Shown here: positions 32,827 through 42,410 of the stretch, piece by piece
Layout: each line of letters opens with the position of its first letter
Position numbering within the stretch: the stretch's first letter is position 1
From: Escherichia phage OSYSP
Reading direction: 5' to 3' (one strand)
Length of the DNA: 64,000 nt
Sequence record: MF402939
The notes under the pieces: model-generated
Seen by the model: only the letters and a program-made list of their open reading frames with translations
The model's database searches: none
What the model was told of the DNA's origin: nothing
Program-made: the position numbers and the translations under genes

Positions 32827-35616
32827 GTGTTTTCAATCCTACAAGGTCATGCAGGATTTCATCGCGATTTAGCCACAGGCAATTGGCGAGAAGTTAAGGC
32901 AGAAGATTATCTTTTTGCTAAAAGATTTTCCTCAAAGCATCCTGAAGGTAAACCAGCTTCAATGCCCTTCAAGTTTGATGTAATTGACGAAGTTGATCCT
33001 CAAACCCTAGTAGAAATGCTTCCTCTTATGAGACGTTTAACGTCTGATCCTCATATCGTTGCGGTACGAGGTAGATGTCTTGCACCTAAAAATAATGTGC
33101 GACGTAAGAAGGGCAACTTTAATGTATCTAATCCAAGTCATATAATCGCAATGGATGTGGATGGTATTGTAGATACAGGAGGTTGTAACAAGTTTGATCT
33201 TGTTGGCATGGCGCGTCATATTATTAGGATGTTGAATAGTATTAGTGAGGATATGTTTCCTCTTGATGCAGGGTTTATTGCTCATGCATCGTCTTCGGCT
33301 GGACTAAAACCAGGTATCCGAATGCATTTAATACTAGAATCTAATGTTAAAGTTACACAGGGTCAGATCAAGTTCTTATTTACATCTATCAACGAAAGTA
33401 GTAGACAAAAGTATGGTTTTGATATTGCCGACTTAGCTTATTACTCTTCAGTACAGCTCCACTATTTTGCAGATCCTTTATTTATTGATGGTATAGTTGA
33501 TCCGTTTAAAGCGGAGGATGCTTCACGTCTGGTATTTGTTAAGGGTTCTAAAGTAAATTTACCTAATAATCTAGTTGACTATGAAACAACTAGAGGGGAG
33601 TTTAAAGAGGAATTCTACTCTTTACTCGATCAAATTAAAGGTAAAAAAGCTGCCTCTGATAAAGTAGAAGAAACCATCAGCGAGTTAGAGGAAGCTGAGG
33701 ATGGTGTATATCTACGTATTATTCCTAAACTCTATCACCGAGCACTAGAGGATGGTGTAGATTTTGGTTGGCTAGAGAAGGAGATCCGCCCAGCTTTATC
33801 TGAGTATATTGCAACTAAAGATAATAGTCGTAATATTCAGGATTATTTTAATAACGGTCGAAAACAGGCTCTGAAAGCATTTGTTAATAATTCTAAACGT
33901 GATATACCTGATGTTTTAAAAGGTATTCCACTTAAAAAGCTAGAAACTAACTCTCTAGAAACAGATAATTTCTTGAAATTAAACACTGTGCCACCAGAAG
34001 GTTATATGACTTTTGTAAAAGCAAGTCTAGGTACAGGTAAAACCACGGCGGTTGTGCGTTGGTTAGATTCAGGAGTTATTAAAGGTAATTTCTTAGCAAT
34101 TACCAATACTAGGGCACTGGTGTCTTCAAATGCCAAGAAATTTAGTGCAGGACAATATGATAAGTCTGTAGATATGCTTAATTTTAAGCGTGGTGCTATT
34201 GACCGTATGTCCACAACTATCCACTCTTTACATAAGTTTAAGAGTTTTATTGGTCAAATTGATGCAATCTTTATCGATGAATGTGATGCAGTAATGAATG
34301 ACCTATTATTCGCCCCGGTTGTTAAGCAACGTCGTGAGTGTATTCAGGTTCTTCGTGATATTCTTGCAACTGCAAAAATCATTATACTATCCGATGGTGA
34401 TATTAGTGCGGAAACAATTGAAGCATATGGTTCTTTGATTGAGTTCGATAAACCAGTTGCATTCTATAATCATCACCGTAAGATGCTGTCAAAAGCCCAC
34501 GCTTATGAGTTTCCAGATGAATCCAGTATTTGGGTTGCACTTCAGACTTCTCTAGAGATGGGGGAGAAATCTATTCTAGTATCTGATTGTGGCCCTGATG
34601 AGCTGAATGAGAAGGGTATGGCACTGCGTCGTAACACGGGTGCGTTAGTTAAGGAAATCCATTCAAACTCTACCTCAGATGTGGATATTCGACGTATTCT
34701 GGATTATACAACTAATGAGCTAATTGATCAACAAATTGATTGCTTATTATGTAGTCCATCCGTAACGAGCGGTGTTGACTTCAACTATTTTGATAACGTA
34801 TTCGTTATTACTAGAACCAGTAATCAAGCGCCAAACATGCGTTTTCAAGCAATCAGGCGCGACCGTGGTGCTCAGAATATCTATTATTTTATTGATAAAT
34901 CCACTAGTGGGTTCTCTGCAGGTTCTGAACAATATAATATTGATGAAGGTTGGCTGGAGTTAGCACAGCAATTATACGCACGTCGTAGAGAGCTGGAATC
35001 TAGAAACTATACTAGTACCTTACGGTATTACTTGCTTGATCAGGGTGCAACTATTGATATTTTCAGCGAAAGCTGGGGAACTATTGAAGGTGCTGGTAAA
35101 GAATATACAGAAGAGCGAATCAAAGCTATTCTGCATTCAACTCCAGATTATTGTGCCCCACGTCATGCAGATGCATATGAAGCTAAACTACTTCTTGTTC
35201 GCTATTATCATCTTGAGTCTATTAAAGATGTAACAGTTGAGCATGTTGAACAATATATCAAAGATAAACCGAATGATCGAGCTGCATTCTTCCATAAGAT
35301 GCACGAGATGTTCTGGGAAGATATTAAAAAGTGTTCAAATGTGACCATTAAACCATTCATAGAGGCTCTGAAAGGTAAGAAGAAAGACTTCTTCCTTAAA
35401 ACAGGTCAGAGTGCTAACCCAAAATATGCTAGAATGTATCTTGGTATGATGGGTATTGGTAAGGATATGAACACTGAAAATATCGTAGACTGGTATAGAA
35501 CCTATTGTAAAATCGAGTGTATGCCAATTCCATATAAGTTCATGACTGACGAGGAAAAACATATGCACGATGAAGCAATGTCAGAGCTAGGTGCTAGAAA
35601 TGACAGTGAAGAATAA
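32827..35616 (+). CDS. large DExD-box NTPase/helicase-like protein (putative replication origin-binding type)
   Basis: Walker A LGTGKTT, Walker B IFIDECD, downstream CSPSVTSGVDF; start tentatively GTG at 32827 after AGGAG (track start is ATG 32749). Confidence 0.7.
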   Translation: MFSILQGHAGFHRDLATGNWREVKAEDYLFAKRFSSKHPEGKPASMPFKFDVIDEVDPQTLVEMLPLMRRLTSDPHIVAVRGRCLAPKNNVRRKKGNFNVSNPSHIIAMDVDGIVDTGGCNKFDLVGMARHIIRMLNSISEDMFPLDAGFIAHASSSAGLKPGIRMHLILESNVKVTQGQIKFLFTSINESSRQKYGFDIADLAYYSSVQLHYFADPLFIDGIVDPFKAEDASRLVFVKGSKVNLPNNLVDYETTRGEFKEEFYSLLDQIKGKKAASDKVEETISELEEAEDGVYLRIIPKLYHRALEDGVDFGWLEKEIRPALSEYIATKDNSRNIQDYFNNGRKQALKAFVNNSKRDIPDVLKGIPLKKLETNSLETDNFLKLNTVPPEGYMTFVKASLGTGKTTAVVRWLDSGVIKGNFLAITNTRALVSSNAKKFSAGQYDKSVDMLNFKRGAIDRMSTTIHSLHKFKSFIGQIDAIFIDECDAVMNDLLFAPVVKQRRECIQVLRDILATAKIIILSDGDISAETIEAYGSLIEFDKPVAFYNHHRKMLSKAHAYEFPDESSIWVALQTSLEMGEKSILVSDCGPDELNEKGMALRRNTGALVKEIHSNSTSDVDIRRILDYTTNELIDQQIDCLLCSPSVTSGVDFNYFDNVFVITRTSNQAPNMRFQAIRRDRGAQNIYYFIDKSTSGFSAGSEQYNIDEGWLELAQQLYARRRELESRNYTSTLRYYLLDQGATIDIFSESWGTIEGAGKEYTEERIKAILHSTPDYCAPRHADAYEAKLLLVRYYHLESIKDVTVEHVEQYIKDKPNDRAAFFHKMHEMFWEDIKKCSNVTIKPFIEALKGKKKDFFLKTGQSANPKYARMYLGMMGIGKDMNTENIVDWYRTYCKIECMPIPYKFMTDEEKHMHDEAMSELGARNDSEE

Positions 35617-35833
35617 AAAATGGGAAACAAGGAAGTTTCCAGTAAAAGAACGTAAAGTTCCTGTTTATGATACTTCGGAAAAGCTATGTAGGGTGGTACC
35701 GCACAGATTAGCTGGCATCCCTAACATATCCGAATGGTTACTTAAACAACGGAGGACTAACGTATCTCTTCGCATAGGGTTTGAGTTAGATAAAGTATAT
35801 GCTGAACTTTCTTCTTTGCTCAAAGAATCATAA
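35600..35833 (+). CDS. hypothetical basic protein (about 77 aa)
   Basis: Track ORF 35591-35833 trimmed to ATG with AGGTG SD; overlaps end of helicase gene. Confidence 0.4.
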   Translation: MTVKNKKWETRKFPVKERKVPVYDTSEKLCRVVPHRLAGIPNISEWLLKQRRTNVSLRIGFELDKVYAELSSLLKES

Positions 35834-35842
35834 AAAATTTAT

Positions 35843-35871
35843 TTGCTTTCAGGAAAATTTTTCTGTATAAT
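35843..35871 (+). promoter_or_regulatory. sigma70 promoter (TTGCTT-17-TATAAT) with ATAAATTTGAGAGAGGAG box
   Basis: Consensus hexamers. Confidence 0.65.
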
Positions 35872-35902
35872 AGATTCATAAATTTGAGAGAGGAGTTTAA
35901 AT

Positions 35903-36607
35903 ATGGCTGGTTCTCACAGAAAGAAACATATCCATGAAATCCCGGATGAAGTCTTTAAAAAAGTTATAGAGCATCTGGAGAACGGTGGTACTAAGAAAGC
36001 AGCATGTGAAATGCTAGGCGTATCATCCAATCCAACTATGGAAAGGATGATTGAAGAGTGGCAAGACCGCCAGATTCAAGTTGCCGAAATGAAGAAAAAG
36101 AAACGTGGTACACTCATTGAAGGTATTGAGTTGGCCAACGTTATTGAACAGTATCTATCTGGCGATTCTTTTGAAGAGATTGCCGATCGTAATTACCGCT
36201 CTGTAGCAATGGTTAAATCTGTTCTGGAACGCTATGGTGCTCTGCTTCGTTTGAATGATATTGTAGATCCATTGAGTCCTCCAATTATTCCTGACGATGC
36301 TGTGGCAGAAGAATTTGAGGTAGGTGAGCTTGTTTGGGTTCCTGGATACCAGTGTATCGGTGAAATCAAAAAAGCAATGGATAACCCTGTTGGTTGTTAC
36401 CGTGTATGGCTCTTATCAGAAGGCAAACAACAGAACGTTCATTATATGAATTATGAGCTGGCTTCTGTTAAACACCTGGAAAAGCTAGGGGTTGATGTAA
36501 AGTCTCTGGGGTACAAATGGTCCCGGGAAGAAGTTATCACACTGATTAACGAAGCTGTTAAGGCTGCCTTGAAACTTGATAAAGATAAAGGAAAACGCCG
36601 TGAGTAG
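35903..36607 (+). CDS. putative DNA-binding protein with helix-turn-helix motifs
   Basis: 234 aa; HTH-like GGTKKAACEMLGVSSNPTMERMI and a second sigma-region-4-like segment; GAGAGGAG SD. Confidence 0.6.
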   Translation: MAGSHRKKHIHEIPDEVFKKVIEHLENGGTKKAACEMLGVSSNPTMERMIEEWQDRQIQVAEMKKKKRGTLIEGIELANVIEQYLSGDSFEEIADRNYRSVAMVKSVLERYGALLRLNDIVDPLSPPIIPDDAVAEEFEVGELVWVPGYQCIGEIKKAMDNPVGCYRVWLLSEGKQQNVHYMNYELASVKHLEKLGVDVKSLGYKWSREEVITLINEAVKAALKLDKDKGKRRE

Positions 36608-36851
36608 ACTAACTGATTTACTTAAAGATGGGGAAGTAAAAACGCTATATCGTAGAAGCTGGGATAACGATAATTACGGCTTAGTGTTACTAACTTTAGA
36701 TGCTGACTCGGATGTAGCTACTCAACATACCTGGGTAGCCGGTAACTATCCATATAGCGAGGCTGTTTCATTAACAGTATGCGAAGCTATTGCAGATGAT
36801 TGGGAGGTTGCCAGCATCGATGATATGCGTGCTGTTGGCCTGCTGGAGTAA
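36600..36851 (+). CDS. hypothetical protein (about 83 aa)
   Basis: Track ORF 36576-36851 trimmed to GTG after AAAGGA SD; overlaps stop of upstream gene. Confidence 0.45.
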   Translation: MSRLTDLLKDGEVKTLYRRSWDNDNYGLVLLTLDADSDVATQHTWVAGNYPYSEAVSLTVCEAIADDWEVASIDDMRAVGLLE

Positions 36852-36954
36852 CTACTTAAAAATTTCAGTTGCTTAATCCTACAATTCTTGATATAATATT
36901 CTCATAGTTTGAAAGAACTATTCTGTTTAATTCTTAATTAAGGAAATATAAAAT

Positions 36955-37365
36955 ATGACTACTCCAACTCAGTGGACTGATGAACTGTTCGAAAAAATGT
37001 CTTCCGAATACGTTGCTCGTATGGAGCAATTCCCAGAGGATGAACGTCCGGGTGTTAGCATGGAAATTGTTAGCGAAATTGCCCAGGAAAATGGTGTAAC
37101 TCCGAACGGTTTTCGTATGAAGCTGACTAAAGCAGGTTTGTATATCAAGAAAGCTGCTGGTTCTACTTCTAAATCTAGCGCATCTACTGGAGAAAAAGCT
37201 TCCGGTGGTTCTCGTACCTCCAAAGCCCAAGCTCATGCTGATCTTCGTTCAGCATTCTCTGATGCTGGCTTAGCGCCAGATTTTCTGGATGATGCAATTA
37301 TCGACAAACTGACCGGTAAAGCGGCTGCTCATCTGGCAGAAGCAATCCGAGCTATCACTAAGTAA
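36955..37365 (+). CDS. hypothetical protein (136 aa) with Ser/Thr/Ala-rich linker
   Basis: ORF track; AAGGA SD; ctg/cgt/gct-biased codons. Confidence 0.65.
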   Translation: MTTPTQWTDELFEKMSSEYVARMEQFPEDERPGVSMEIVSEIAQENGVTPNGFRMKLTKAGLYIKKAAGSTSKSSASTGEKASGGSRTSKAQAHADLRSAFSDAGLAPDFLDDAIIDKLTGKAAAHLAEAIRAITK

Positions 37366-37401
37366 TTTTAGATAAATCCACCAACAAAAGGAACTATAGC
37401 T

Positions 37402-37698
37402 ATGACTAAAGCTGAAATTATTGCACAGTGCGAAAAATTTGGTGAGTTTTATCTTCATTACGAGAAACTTCGTCAGAAAGGAACCACGTATCTTCAGGGT
37501 ACAATGGAATTTGATCCGGCCCAAGATAAATATCTGGCTGAGCGTATTAAACGCGAACGTATTCGTAAAGCGAAAGATGATGAAATCCTTGTCTTCTCTC
37601 GTACTAATGATAGCTTCCGTTTTATTCCTGTCGAGAAAGTTCGTCGTGTGACTAGCCTCCAATCAGAGTTAGATCGTGCTTCTCCAGTAGGCCGATAA
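37402..37698 (+). CDS. hypothetical protein (98 aa)
   Basis: ORF track; AAAGGA SD. Confidence 0.65.
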   Translation: MTKAEIIAQCEKFGEFYLHYEKLRQKGTTYLQGTMEFDPAQDKYLAERIKRERIRKAKDDEILVFSRTNDSFRFIPVEKVRRVTSLQSELDRASPVGR

Positions 37699-37748
37699 GA
37701 AAACAATTAGCCCCTATATGGGGCTTTTTGTGTATTTGGGATATGTAA

Positions 37749-38057
37749 ATGAGCGAACAGGTAAATCAAAACTATGAAGGACACGTTGATGACCAGTCCA
37801 TCATACTTTGGGAGAAGGAGGGGGAACAAGTAAGATTAACAGTATCTGAATTTCGTGGGAATCTATACATGGGTATTCGTTACTGGCTTCTTGATATTAA
37901 TGATGAGTGGTTTCCAACGAAATCTGGCTTCTCTTTTCCTTACACCCTAGAAACAACATCACAGCTTTTCTATGCGTTTACACAGATTCTTAGCGAATCT
38001 GAGGTTTTACATGAAGTACAGAAACGAGCTGAAGAACTCAAAGCCAAGAATGCCTAG
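37749..38057 (+). CDS. hypothetical protein (102 aa)
   Basis: ORF track; followed by terminator. Confidence 0.6.
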   Translation: MSEQVNQNYEGHVDDQSIILWEKEGEQVRLTVSEFRGNLYMGIRYWLLDINDEWFPTKSGFSFPYTLETTSQLFYAFTQILSESEVLHEVQKRAEELKAKNA

Positions 38058-38073
38058 TTCTTGGCTTTTTCTT
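38042..38073 (+). terminator. rho-independent terminator
   Basis: 9-bp stem AGCCAAGAA/TTCTTGGCT plus TTTTTCTTT. Confidence 0.65.
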
Positions 38074-38084
38074 TATAAATGTAT

Positions 38085-38113
38085 TTGCTTTCAACTCAGT
38101 TTTGTTATATAAT
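38085..38113 (+). promoter_or_regulatory. sigma70 promoter (TTGCTT-17-TATAAT)
   Basis: Consensus hexamers. Confidence 0.65.
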
Positions 38114-38144
38114 ATTTATATAAATTAATGAGAGATATAAATAA

Positions 38145-39116
38145 ATGACTAATGTAAAAGAATTTATTAAACGCTGTCAAGAAGCATATTATCAAGGCAT
38201 GTCTTTAATCTCTGATGAGGAGTATGATCGCCTGGTAAAACGCTTCCCGTTAGAGGAAGAGATCGGGCCTAAGGGTGATATTCCACATCTATATCGTATG
38301 TATTCTTTACAGAAAGTTTACTATAACCGTGGAGATAAACCACCATTCAATCCTTTAGGTCAGGTGGAAACCGATAAGTTAGATGGTTGTGCAATTTCTC
38401 TGCTATATATTAATGGCGAATTTGTTCAAGCACTAACTCGTGGTAATGGTATTCTGGGGAATGATGTCACAAGCAACGTAAGATTGCTGAACATTCCTAA
38501 AAAGATTTCCCAAAAAGTACCTACTCAAATCACTGGTGAAGTTCTAATTACAAAAGAAGTAGAAAATAAACGTAACTTTGCCTCTGGTGCTATTAACCTC
38601 AAAGATAGCGATGCTTTCGTACAACGCATTGGAGAAGGCGGTTTAATCTTTGTTGCTTATGGTATCCAGTGTTCTGCTGAATCTGTAGGTATTACAGAAG
38701 CATATTTAAAAGATATGCTTTGGCTAGAGAATGAGAACTTCTTAACAGTCGTTAATGTGCGTTCCTTTTTTAAATGGATTCCGACGGACGGTAAAGTTGT
38801 TCGTATTAATGACAACAACAAATTCTTCCGCGAAGGCTGGACTAATAAATTCCCTCGTGGAGCATTCGCTATTAAAGAGGATGAAGAAGGCGAGATTACA
38901 ACTCTTACTAAAGTTGAATGGCAGGTAGGGGCTTCTGGTAAAGTAACTCCAGTTGGTTATTTCGAACCGGTAATTATTGATGATGCTACGATTGTTAAAG
39001 CGACTCTTAATAACGTTGATTATATTAACTCTCTCGATCTAGAGATCGGTTGCCAGATTCGAGTGATTCGTGCTGGTGGTGTAATCCCGTGCATAGTAGA
39101 GCGAGTATATGATTAA
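38145..39116 (+). CDS. NAD-dependent DNA ligase, N-terminal adenylation/OB-fold part (split ligase subunit A)
   Basis: 323 aa; adenylation-lysine motif KLDGCA and LigA-like N-terminal pattern; ends before Zn-finger/HhH/BRCT modules. Confidence 0.7.
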   Translation: MTNVKEFIKRCQEAYYQGMSLISDEEYDRLVKRFPLEEEIGPKGDIPHLYRMYSLQKVYYNRGDKPPFNPLGQVETDKLDGCAISLLYINGEFVQALTRGNGILGNDVTSNVRLLNIPKKISQKVPTQITGEVLITKEVENKRNFASGAINLKDSDAFVQRIGEGGLIFVAYGIQCSAESVGITEAYLKDMLWLENENFLTVVNVRSFFKWIPTDGKVVRINDNNKFFREGWTNKFPRGAFAIKEDEEGEITTLTKVEWQVGASGKVTPVGYFEPVIIDDATIVKATLNNVDYINSLDLEIGCQIRVIRAGGVIPCIVERVYD

Positions 39117-39166
39117 TACATAACCCTTTGCTACCCATCTACCATATCGGAATTATAAAGTGGTTA

Positions 39167-39195
39167 TTGACATTTTCGCCGCTTAGGTATATACT
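39167..39195 (+). promoter_or_regulatory. sigma70 promoter (TTGACA-17-TATACT) between ligase parts
   Basis: Hexamers read directly. Confidence 0.55.
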
Positions 39196-39259
39196 ATTAT
39201 CATTCAGTTGAGGGATAGAAAGTTATGGCGAGGGTAAGCAAAGTTAGTTAAAATTGTAG

Positions 39260-39289
39260 TTGCTAAATGCTTAAATACTTGCTATAATA
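39260..39289 (+). promoter_or_regulatory. sigma70 promoter (TTGCTA-18-TATAAT) between ligase parts
   Basis: Consensus hexamers. Confidence 0.6.
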
Positions 39290-39318
39290 TTTATATAAAT
39301 TGATAAGGAAGAAATTTG

Positions 39319-40095
39319 ATGAAAATCGAAATTCCAACACAATGTCCCTCTTGTGGTTCTAAGCTAGATCTTGTCAACGGACAATTATTCTGTCGTAATA
39401 AGTCCAACTGTCCAGCGCAATCAAGTAAGTTAATTGAGAACTTCTGTACAAAAATGAAGTTAAAGGGCTTTGGCCCGAAAACTATTGAAAAGCTGGAGCT
39501 GACTAAGATTTCAGAACTATTTTACCTAACCGAAGAAGATTTGGTTAGAGCCGTGGGTAGCAAGGTTGCCGCTAAGTTAATTAGCGAATTAAATACTAAA
39601 GTTCGTGGAGACATTGACTTTGGTTCAGTTCTCGGTTCTTTAGGAATCCCTCTAATTGGAGAGGTTGCAGCAAAGAAATTGTCCCAAAATTGCACCAGTT
39701 TTCAAGATGTGAGAGCTGATGGCAAAGCTGGAGAAAACTATAAAGCCTGGCTAAATTCCCCACAAGGCAAGGATGTTATCGAATTACCGTGGAAATTCTC
39801 AAATGGTATTAAGGGTGCTAAAGCTGACATCATTACTGATGGTCTAGTAGCCCAACCAAACGGAATAACGGTGTGTATTACCGGATCTTTGCAAGATTTT
39901 GCAAATCGAACGGATGCAACAAACTATTTAGAAGGTCTAGGATACACGGTTAAGAAATCCGTTACCAAAGACGTCAAATACCTAATCTGTGAGGATGAAT
40001 CGAAGCGTTCTTCCTCATCTTATAAGAAAGCCGAAACGAATGGGATAGAAATCCTGTCGATTAAAGAACTATTGGAGAAAAATAATAATGTCTAA
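39319..40095 (+). CDS. NAD-dependent DNA ligase, C-terminal part (Zn-finger, HhH, BRCT-like; split ligase subunit B)
   Basis: Start at ATG after AAGGAAG; N-terminal CPSCGS...C..KSNCP zinc finger as found after the OB-fold in LigA. Confidence 0.65.
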   Translation: MKIEIPTQCPSCGSKLDLVNGQLFCRNKSNCPAQSSKLIENFCTKMKLKGFGPKTIEKLELTKISELFYLTEEDLVRAVGSKVAAKLISELNTKVRGDIDFGSVLGSLGIPLIGEVAAKKLSQNCTSFQDVRADGKAGENYKAWLNSPQGKDVIELPWKFSNGIKGAKADIITDGLVAQPNGITVCITGSLQDFANRTDATNYLEGLGYTVKKSVTKDVKYLICEDESKRSSSSYKKAETNGIEILSIKELLEKNNNV

Positions 40096-40855
40096 ACTGA
40101 ACTGGAACGTAGAAGGTGTAACCGAGTCTCTGAAAGCAAAAGCCACTGCTCTGGGTGTTGCTGTAATCTCTCAAGAACAAGTAGCTGCTATCGCTGCTGA
40201 ACTGGCTGCTGAAACTGGCAAAGACGTTACCGCTCGCTCTGTTGGCTCTAAGCTGCGTAAAGAAGGTTTCGAAGTACAGAAAGCTAACGAAGTACAGAAA
40301 TCTCCGTGGACTCCTGAGCAGGAAGCTGAACTGGTTGATTTCCTGAACGCTCATGCTGGTCAGTATACCTATGCTGAAATCGCTGCTGCTGTAGCTGGTG
40401 GTCAATTTGGTGCTAGGCAGGTACAGGGTAAGATCCTGAGTCTGGAAATGACCGCTTCTGTTAAACCAACTGAAAAAGCAGCTGCTGTTCGTTCCTTCAC
40501 TCCTGATGAAGAAACTGATTTTGTTAATCAGGTTGTTGCTGGTGCTACTATTGAAGCTATCGCTGCTCACTTCGGTCGTAATATCAAGCAGATCCGTGGT
40601 AAAGCTCTGAGCCTGCTTCGTGAAGGTCGTATCGCTGCTATGCCGGTACAGGAAACTTCAAGTGCTAAAACTCGTGAAGATCTGCTAGAAGGTCTGGATC
40701 TGGTTAACATGACCGTTGCTGAGATCGCTGAGAAAACTGGTAAGTCTGAGCGTGGTGTTAAATCTATGTTGTCTCGTCGTGGTCTGGTTGCTAAGGACTA
40801 TGATGGTGCCGCTAAGCGTGCTAAACTGGATGCAAAAGCTGCGGCTGCTGAATAA
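40088..40855 (+). CDS. hypothetical protein (255 aa) with three internal HTH-like repeats
   Basis: ORF track; GGAGAAAAA SD; repeated segments (EIAAAV..., IEAIAAHFGRNIKQIRGKALSLLREGRI, VAEIAEKTGKSERGVKSMLSRRGLV); strongly biased codon usage. Confidence 0.7.
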   Translation: MSKLNWNVEGVTESLKAKATALGVAVISQEQVAAIAAELAAETGKDVTARSVGSKLRKEGFEVQKANEVQKSPWTPEQEAELVDFLNAHAGQYTYAEIAAAVAGGQFGARQVQGKILSLEMTASVKPTEKAAAVRSFTPDEETDFVNQVVAGATIEAIAAHFGRNIKQIRGKALSLLREGRIAAMPVQETSSAKTREDLLEGLDLVNMTVAEIAEKTGKSERGVKSMLSRRGLVAKDYDGAAKRAKLDAKAAAAE

Positions 40856-40874
40856 TCTGGTAAATTAAACCTAA

Positions 40875-40905
40875 GGGGAGGGGGCTATGCTCCTTCCCCT
40901 TTTTG
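40875..40905 (+). terminator. strong rho-independent terminator (10-bp stem, loop CTATG, TTTTT)
   Basis: GGGGAGGGGG-CTATG-CTCCTTCCCC-TTTTT; the first ATG of track ORF 40887 lies in the loop. Confidence 0.7.
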
Positions 40906-40937
40906 CATTTAGAAGGCACGAAAGCGTGCAAAGGAGA

Positions 40938-42410
40938 ATGACCTTGTTTAACGTGCAAGCTGTAGTGTTGAAGATGCTTCTAGCTTCCGAACAGAAGCAA
41001 ATAGCATTGGAAACATTCTCAAAACTGCATAAAGATCATTTTAATGACGCTTTCTCCTCAATTTACCAAGCCGTCCAGAATTATTATAAAAAATATAACA
41101 CAATGCCGTCCATTGACGCACTGATGCTTGAGGCTAATAGGAACGCCCGCCTTTCTCAAGCTCTAGTCGTTTTAGCTAACACTCAAATTCCAGAAGTTAG
41201 CATGGAACAGGCACTTGAAGTCCTAGAGGCCGAGTATACACAGGATTTATTCCTGAAGCTTCTAGAAACAGACGTGCTTCAAGATTTAACAATGCTGGAT
41301 CAGGGAGAAATTCTTAACCGAGTTGCCTCCCTTCACTTAAAATTAGAAGAGAAAGTAACGAATACTGGAAAAGTATTCAACGCAGATAATATGCGTATTT
41401 TCCAGAGAGAAGAAGATACCAAACTGAACTTAATCGCTCTTGGTATTTGTAATGAGTTCGACGCTCAAATTGGTTTAGCTCGCACAGAAACGTTACTGCT
41501 TGGTGGTTGGCGTGGTACTGGTAAATCCATTATCTGTTCAAACATACAGGTTCAGCAATATTTGAATGGGGATATTGCTCCATACTTCTCAATTGAGATG
41601 AAAGAACATGAAGTATTTAGACGTAATCTAGCCATGTTAGCTGGTGTATCAGCACTAGCAATGCGTAATAATACTCTAGAAGGTGCAGCTCTGTTGAGAT
41701 TAGCCAGAACTAGAGCTAGGATGTTTAACGGTGGTGAAGAGCTCTTCGATAACTTCGTTAAACAGTATACAATGGCTAAGATGAGTGATTTCTACGACAT
41801 GGAGAGTAAGCTAATAGAAGGGTATGAGCTACATACTCCTATGATTATTGTTTATGACCCTGAGCTGTCTATTACAACAGTTGACGTAGAATTAAATAAA
41901 TTAGTTGCTAGATATGGGGATAAAGTTACAGTAGCTTTACTGGACTATATTAACCAAACCCGACTTCCAGACTCTAAAACCATTGATATGTATGACTGGA
42001 AAGAACAGATGGTTGTTAGCTCGTCTTTCAAATCTATCTGCCAGAAACATAACGTGGCTGGTGTAGCTCCTTACCAGATTGATCAAGATGGTAGAACACG
42101 TATGTCAAAAGGGATTCTTGATTCCGCAGACATGGCTGCTAATCTTAATGCTGCAAAAGCTGATAATGGTCAAGGTGCTATTATGTTTGACTTCGTTAAG
42201 ACTCGTTCTTCTGATAGCGTGAAGTTTATGCCTAAAATGAACTGGGAAACCCTGCGGATGGATAACACTACCAACCTAGCAATGGAAGATATATCTCAAA
42301 TGGAAGCTGAGTTCGTTATCCCTATTGAGAAGGATAAGCCGGCTCAATCTAAACGTGCTAAGAAAGACAAAGCTGAAAATTCAACAGGTGAACAGGCCAG
42401 CGATATATGA
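40938..42410 (+). CDS. DnaB-like replicative helicase
   Basis: Walker A GGWRGTGKS and RecA-like core; start uncertain (ATG 40938 after AAAGGAGA, or ATG 40887 inside the terminator hairpin). Confidence 0.7.
   Translation: MTLFNVQAVVLKMLLASEQKQIALETFSKLHKDHFNDAFSSIYQAVQNYYKKYNTMPSIDALMLEANRNARLSQALVVLANTQIPEVSMEQALEVLEAEYTQDLFLKLLETDVLQDLTMLDQGEILNRVASLHLKLEEKVTNTGKVFNADNMRIFQREEDTKLNLIALGICNEFDAQIGLARTETLLLGGWRGTGKSIICSNIQVQQYLNGDIAPYFSIEMKEHEVFRRNLAMLAGVSALAMRNNTLEGAALLRLARTRARMFNGGEELFDNFVKQYTMAKMSDFYDMESKLIEGYELHTPMIIVYDPELSITTVDVELNKLVARYGDKVTVALLDYINQTRLPDSKTIDMYDWKEQMVVSSSFKSICQKHNVAGVAPYQIDQDGRTRMSKGILDSADMAANLNAAKADNGQGAIMFDFVKTRSSDSVKFMPKMNWETLRMDNTTNLAMEDISQMEAEFVIPIEKDKPAQSKRAKKDKAENSTGEQASDI

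Noticed and set aside
33037-35568. Minus-strand ORFs inside the 930-aa helicase gene (33037-33285, 34002-34214, 34747-34932, 35335-35568) and plus-frame ORFs 34772-34963, 35036-35233
   Set aside because: Embedded in a long gene with clear NTPase motifs; no independent start signals.
40887-40937. First ATG of the helicase ORF as definite start
   Set aside because: It sits in the loop of a strong terminator hairpin; kept only as an alternative start.
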